Origin: a virus
IMG/VR virus record: IMGVR_UViG_3300013947_000003
Span: 32,001 to 96,000 of that record
DNA: 64,000 bases
Reading direction: 5' to 3' (one strand)
Under the pieces are notes generated by a model. The model worked only from the letters and a program-made list of their open reading frames with translations. It did not search any database and had not been told where the DNA came from. Of the stretch, positions 57,701 to 64,000 are shown in pieces (positions within the stretch are counted from its first letter, which is position 1; every line of letters begins with the position of its first letter). The position numbers and the translations under genes are program-made.

Positions 57701-59503
57701 GATGCAGGTTTTTATGGTAATACTGAAAATTTACAAAAAAGGTATAAAGAACTGCATGCTCCTGGAACAAAGGTATCAGATGATGCATTAGATTGGAAAC
57801 TCGATAAACTTGCTATAGAAAACGGCGAAGAGCGTGTAGTATACTTTGATGACATAAGTATAAGTGCAGATGAAATGGATCCCGGATTTATGGATATTAT
57901 TAAAGCTAGATTTGGAACTAGCGATCCAAGTGTTGTAGATGCCTATACTAAGAATACTTTAACTGATGGCCAGGGTTATAGAACTCTAGAAAGCTATAGA
58001 AAAGTTATGATTGCTGCAGGTAAATGGAACGACTATCTAGAGCAGACTTATGATAAGATACAAGTCATCAGAGACAGAATGAGAGCAACAGGAAAAGAGC
58101 AGTTAGAGCCTGAAGAAATAACATAGTTGACGTAGTTGTTCGTAATATTCCAGCCATTAAAACCTTATTTATATACAATTGAAGATATTGGTGTAAGTAA
58201 CGGTAGAATGCTTAAAGTTCCTGTACAACATAAATATGCAGAAGTTATTATTATTCCTGAACTTTGTGTCCCCGGCTCTAACCTTCGCGCTTTGGGAGAA
58301 GCTATGGAAGAAAATAATATAGATGTAGTTTGTTCTACTAAATGTGTTAAAGTGGGATCATTTGGATCTATGGCTTTAGACTTTAAAACAAATGATAAAG
58401 GGCAGTTTGTAGATAAATTTGATGATATTATTAAAGGTATAGACGAAAATGGAAATATAATAGACTCTCCTAATGTAACAAGAACACAGCAACGTGCTTA
58501 TATAAAGAAGTATGGAGAAGAGGGATTACAAAGGATAACTCCTTAGACTATTAAAGATTCTATGCAAGTAATTAGAGATTCACAAGGCGCTTATGTTCAT
58601 AAATTAAAATATCGTGATTATAGAATACAAACTAATGTTCCTGCACATATAAATGCCTCTAATCTATTTGGCACTTAGATTAGAAAAATTATAATGACAG
58701 GAATTGATAAAAATGGTAACTATAGTAGTTATTTAGGAAATTCAGAAAAAGTAAATTTAGGAGACGGTTTAGTAGATCTTAATGGTAATAGGCTTATATA
58801 GTTCTACAATCAATTAATTGTTGCAAATGTTTTAGAAGGCTATCGTGATTTTGAAAAAGCTATAGATTCTATGGATAAAGTAAGTAAGTCTCTAATTTAG
58901 AATGTTATAGCTAATAGTAGAGAAGATGAAGCTAATATAATGGCGTATTGTCTTACAGGTGACGGTTAGTTTTTAGTTCCCTTATATGAGCTAGGAATAG
59001 AACATAATACATCACAAGCCCTAATTTCTTTATTTAAAAAAATGGTTAATAAATAGAGAATATAGGGAGGCGCATTAGTTTAGGCATCTGCTTGGGGAAT
59101 AACTAAAATTGAAGAGGGATCTAAAGATTATGGCGATCTAGACTGGCATACTGTTGAAGAAGGTAAAAATGGTAATATAGTCTATGGAGATTGTGAAATA
59201 CCATTTGATTTTAAATGGACAGATCAGTTCGGAAGAGAACATTAGTTAGATTTTAATGACTATTGTAATCCTGATGGTACTTTTAAAATGTCGGGAAGAA
59301 AACTTAATATAGGAGGCATTATTATAGATGAAACTTTAATAGAAAAAGACTATCCCGGAATACTTGATATAGTATCTTATAGAATACCTACAGAATCTCA
59401 ATACTCTATGATGCGTCTTAGAGTGAAAAGATGTACATTACCAACACAAGGAGGTGTTATCAGAGTTCCTGCACAAGGCACTACAACTGCAGGATTTGAC
59501 TTT
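54713..59503 (+). CDS. giant virion-RNAP-like protein, exon 1 (TAG read as sense)
   Basis: All track fragments (56657, 57491, 57689, 58136, 59288) share one frame with ATG 54713 and are separated only by TAG. 54713-56657 was translated by hand. The exon ends ...TTAGFDF. Confidence 0.75.
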
Positions 59504-60389
59504 AAGCTATATTGAAGTCATTAAATTGTGTTAATTGCTGGGAACCCTTATAAAAGTCATCAATTTATATGGAAATCAGCAGCCAAGCTAGTTGAAATAC
59601 TAGAAGGTTCAACGACTAAATAAATCATAGAAATAACATACGTTAATCGTTATGAAAAGTAAATTAAATAAAGATAGTAGAAATTTATTAATAGGATTAT
59701 TATTAGGAGATGGTACAATATCTAATAATAATGTGTTTAAAATAGCCCATTCAGAGAAGCAAAAAGATTATTTAGAATGGAAAATAAAGCAGCTTAAAAA
59801 TCATGGAATACGAAATAATGGCGTTAAAACTTATATTAAAAAGGGTGGATATAATTCAGGAGTTCCTGTATATTACACACAGCTAAATATAATACCATTT
59901 ATTAAAGTGTTAAGACGTGTATTTTATAAAGGCAAGAAAATTATTGGAAATAGGAAGTTATTAAATAGATTAAATGCTTTAGGTATTGCCGTTTGGTATA
60001 TGGATGATGGGCATATAAATATTAGAAAGTACAATGGAAAACCTTGTGGATTTTATATAAAAATCTCCACATGTGAACCTAAAGAAGAGGTACAAATAAT
60101 AATAGACTATTTCAAAGAAGTTTGGGGAATAAATTTCTACATGTTTCATGAAGGTCATAAAGAGAATAGCTATTCTTTATGTTGTGGTGCTAAAGAGGGG
60201 ATTAAATTTATAGAAATTGTTAAACCTTATGTACAGCAAGTTCCTTCAATGATATATAAAATAAATTATGATTTATCTCAAAGAAAAAGAAGTATTTGAG
60301 AGTACCCTTAAATGGGGAAATGCACAACATGCTACTAGCATGAAGATATAGTCTACTCTTTACAAAATAAATAATGTAAAGTATATAGG
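59504..60389 (+). mobile_element. group-I-type intron carrying a LAGLIDADG endonuclease
   Basis: Exon 1 ends in T (gacttT) and the insert ends in G (tatagG). Excision joins GFDF to DIDKLYL in frame. Confidence 0.7.
59652..60299 (+). CDS. LAGLIDADG homing endonuclease (double-motif)
   Basis: LLIGLLLGDGTIS and GIAVWYMDDGHIN. Confidence 0.85.
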   Translation: MKSKLNKDSRNLLIGLLLGDGTISNNNVFKIAHSEKQKDYLEWKIKQLKNHGIRNNGVKTYIKKGGYNSGVPVYYTQLNIIPFIKVLRRVFYKGKKIIGNRKLLNRLNALGIAVWYMDDGHINIRKYNGKPCGFYIKISTCEPKEEVQIIIDYFKEVWGINFYMFHEGHKENSYSLCCGAKEGIKFIEIVKPYVQQVPSMIYKINYDLSQRKRSI

Positions 60390-63374
60390 GATATTGACAA
60401 ATTATATTTAATGCGTAAATAGTTTTCTTTTGTATAGCGTTATGAAAGTGAAGATGAAGATATAACTGAAGAAGAAAAAAACACAGTATGGGCTAAAATT
60501 TATAATGAAAACCCGTCAATTAAAAATCATTTAGAACAAACAAAAAAATAGTGGGAAGAAAATCCCGCAAATAAAAATAAGTCTCACAAGAAGTCATTAA
60601 ATTCCTTTTGGGATGAAAGCGAGTATTTAAAGAATAATTATGATAAGAATGAAATTTTTAGTAATGCATTATTGGACTTAATAAATCAAGGAGTTCTTGC
60701 CCCATTAGAAAAAATAGTAAACATAACTCGTAAACAAACTTATAAGTATAACCTTAATAAAAGGGTTATGGATAGTTATGATGAAACTGGTAAGTTAATA
60801 AGAGGTAATAATAGAATTGCTAGGAACAATATGCTTTTAGATCTTATTATAAAGCGTCTTGAAGATCCTGAAACTCTTGATGAAAGATTTCAGCCGGGTG
60901 AGTTTAAAAATGCAAAGCAGTCTGCTAAAATAATGCGTATATTAACACTGTCAGATAAATCATTTGAAGATTATGTACTTAATGGGAAAAAAATGAACTT
61001 TTCTGAAATAGAAAATAGTGCTAACAAAATTGCAGACCCAAAACCTAACTATGATTATACTGACCCCTTGACATTATTAACTTATAATGAGTAGAATTAG
61101 GTTGCAGGAAAATTAATTGGTATATTTGCAAACCAAAATGTAAACTATGCTATTTCTACAATGTTATACAAATATAATCTTAATAGCCCTATAGCTTTTG
61201 GAGATCATATGCAGGGATTGTCAGATTTAATACATGCTCCTTCTGCTAAAAAAACTTGTGCCGAACTTCTTTCTGCATCTGTAGATGCTGTTAAAGATCC
61301 TGTATTGAATTATTTAAATCTCAATGAGATTACTGCTAATGCTGCAGCAGTATTAGCTAGATTGGGATATTCTACTACAGAAATAGGGTTACTATTAAAT
61401 TAGCCGGTAATTAAAGATCTGTGCTAGTTTGCATTAAATAGTGGTAGAAGTACTAGTAGTGCTTTAAACCATTATATGAAGAAATATGCAGGAATAAAGC
61501 TTGTTGGTAATGAGTCTAAAACATATTTAACTTCTAATGCATTGGCAAATAACATAGTTATAAATAGTGCTAGAAATTCTGTAAAAGCTGAAGTTAGAAA
61601 TGCTGCAGATTTAAAAACCCAAAATTATGATTTTCAAAGAGGATAGGCTGCAGTACTATAGTTATTTTCTGAAATTTTAGGAGTTACTAAAGAAGTTTCA
61701 GACTTTGTAACAAATACTAAATTTACTGCTGCTAATGCTGTTTCTGTGTCATTTGGTAGCATGATTGCTCAATAGTTAAAAGTTAAAAGATATATAGAGG
61801 ATTAGGCAAATGCAGTATTAGACTAGAAAAACGGCAAATCCTCATTAAAAACATCTATGATAGTCTCTGAAATGCACGGTGATTCAAAAAGATTTATAGG
61901 AATGCCAAATATAAATGTTGATGATTGGAGTTATTTGAGATCCATCGATTTTAACCCCTTTGCATACGAACAATGTATGTTTGATATGAATAGAAGAGCA
62001 TTAGAAAAAATGGCAGACTACTTTCCTTATAGAAGTCCACTATATAAAGAAACAACAGACTACTTTGATGAAATGGCTAGCTATCCTATGGATGAAGATA
62101 CTGTAAATGATATTATACATGATATAATGGTGTATAAAATGGGGTCAATGCCTGGTAATAGATTTAATAAAAACACTCTTATAAAAACCAATGATGGACA
62201 AATTATGACATAGGAACAATACTATAAATATGTGTTTCCTGATATTATAATGAATTCATCAGAGTGGGAAACATCTTTTGATGAAAAGATAACAAATGCT
62301 TTAAAGTTACTAAATAACTATGGTATTTTATCAGTTGAGTCTCATAGTGAATGGTATACTAAAGATCGTATACCAACACGAAGAACTTGGTATACCTTTG
62401 GTTTAAGAGGGTCTGCTAATCTAGACTTTGATAAAAAACAAATAACAGCTTTATTTGAAGAACTTTATGATGATCCTAAAACAAGATGGTTTATTGAAGA
62501 CTTATATATGTATGACTTTTTCTAGGGAGAAAGGGGGTTTGGTCCCAAAAGTTTCACATCTTACTTGCCGCAGTCTATTACTGCTAATATAACTATGTAT
62601 ATTGATGGTAATGGTAACCCTGTAACATATAGAGATTGGTTAATTAAACATAAAAACGAAGGATTTGGAATAGAAGGTAATGCTAAAAATAATATAATAA
62701 CTTATTATATTAGAAGGCATAGTGACAACAGACGATTTGTAAAAGAGCTCTACTCTAATGACACCTATTATAACTATTTTAAAAACAAAATTAAGAATGA
62801 ACAAGGTGTTATTTCCTAGAGTATAGAGGTTTCTACAGACAAAGAATTTGAAAGTGTTGATAATAAAGGACGATCTGAAGTTATAGACAATCCATTATAT
62901 AATGCATAGAAAAATGCTTTTGTCCCTGCTTTTACTATAAATATAAATGGAACTGATTATTTGTATATATGTAAAAGTAACATAAGTGATTTTAATAAAC
63001 CTAATGGGCCATTAATGGAATATGAAAGATTTACCCCATTAAAGCCCGGATTTACTGAATATAATATAGGAACAACTTCTGAAGAAACAGAAAAAGAAAA
63101 AGCAGTAAACCAAGAAAATTTAATTGGAGTATTTGATGAATCAGATATGAAGAAGCCGGTTACATATGCATCACTATATGAATAGGCTAAAAAAGAAACA
63201 CAAGAAAAATCATATGAAGATGCAATAGTAGAAAAAATGGACCCGACACTTAGGAATATATATGAAACTTCTAGTGAAGAAGGTAAACGTGAAATTTTAA
63301 ATGATATTAAAAATAATAAAAAGTGCTATGCAATGAATGATGATGGCACTATTAGTAAAACTGAACTTTGTTAA
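60390..63374 (+). CDS. giant virion-RNAP-like protein, exon 2
   Basis: Fragments 60672, 61161, 61857, 62232, 62565 and 62961 are all in frame with 60390 and are separated only by TAG. First true stop is TAA 63372-63374. Confidence 0.75.
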
Positions 63375-63376
63375 TT

Positions 63377-64000
63377 ATGGGATTTTGTATAATTAAACCT
63401 AATAAACACCAATTATGGGATGAAATTGCAGAAGTAGTTGGAAATGAAAACAGAGGGCTTATAAAATATTGGTATAATGTTGCTCACGATAATAGGTTTT
63501 TAGAAGCTTCTGCTAATGATATAGTCTTAAATGAGGAGGGGGAACCCACGTTCTCCTCCTTATTAAAGGCTGCTAATACAACAGAATATAATGAAAAAAT
63601 AAAAGAAACCCTTAATAAAAAAATAGGTGCAGGAGAGATGACATATAAAGAGGCTTGTGAAAAGCTGTTTAACTTTAATAAGAACTCTAATTATAATGAT
63701 AAATATCTAGCAACTATTCAAAGAACTGAGGGAGGGAAAGTGCGTTTATTCATAACAGAAAAGACAAACAAAACAACTAAAGACCTGTACAAACAATTAA
63801 AAAATGGTTCTATAGCAGAAAGATTGTAGGCAAAACTAAATGAATGTGGTGTTACCTATGAATTTCTTGAAAATGCTAAATTTGAAGGTAGATATAGTAC
63901 CATGAATAGTGAAAGGGTTCTTAATGGATTAAATGCTTTAATATCTATTAGAGATGGTCATATTGTAGATGAAACTTTAGCTGAAGAGGCAGGCCACTTT
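63377..64000 (+). CDS. next large late-type protein (partial; TAG read as sense)
   Basis: ATG 63377 lies 2 nt after the previous stop. The frame continues past TAG 63827 to the window edge. Confidence 0.55.

Overview
This is a 64-kb piece of an AT-rich tailed-phage genome. It is best explained as a crAss-like (Crassvirales-type) podophage of a Bacteroidota host. Support: TAnnTTTG promoter boxes, no Shine-Dalgarno dependence, and a giant virion-RNAP-like gene. Layout: (1) 1-19.3 kb, minus strand: late module with large terminase, portal, three tail-fibre-like genes, an amidase lysis cassette and many small ORFs. (2) 19.3-19.95 kb: divergent control region with a G+C-rich structured segment and five tandem promoter-like repeats. 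(3) 19.95-25.8 kb, plus strand: a visibly G+C-richer block of small early ORFs sharing an upstream TTCACTTAAAA motif. (4) 25.9-27.5 kb: palindromic operator-like sites and a tRNA cluster. (5) 27.5-54.6 kb, plus strand: replication and nucleotide-metabolism module (SF2 helicase, DnaB-like helicase, ATPase, primase, nucleases, split NrdD, NrdG, dUTPase, family A DNA polymerase, thioredoxin, ThyX). (6) 54.7-63.4 kb: one giant gene carrying a two-barrel RNAP DFDID motif, then the start of another large gene. Main observations: (a) The late module and the giant gene translate only if TAG is a sense codon. I counted about 90 in-frame TAG in the late block alone, and a tRNA with anticodon CTA sits at 17096-17168. 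Early and middle genes use the standard code, and several end in TAG. (b) A four-gene cluster at 34.6-38.7 kb reads putative beta-grasp protein, E2-like, JAB/MPN+, ThiF/E1-like. This is the gene order of bacterial Bil-type ubiquitin-like conjugation operons, here on a phage. (c) Two endonuclease-bearing group-I-type introns split nrdD and the RNAP catalytic motif, and a third may lie at the left edge. (d) Four tRNA-like genes have canonical acceptor, D and T arms but inserted or truncated anticodon arms. (e) Two homopolymer sites separate ORF halves. All functions come from motif recognition by eye; no database search was run, and coordinates were derived by hand.
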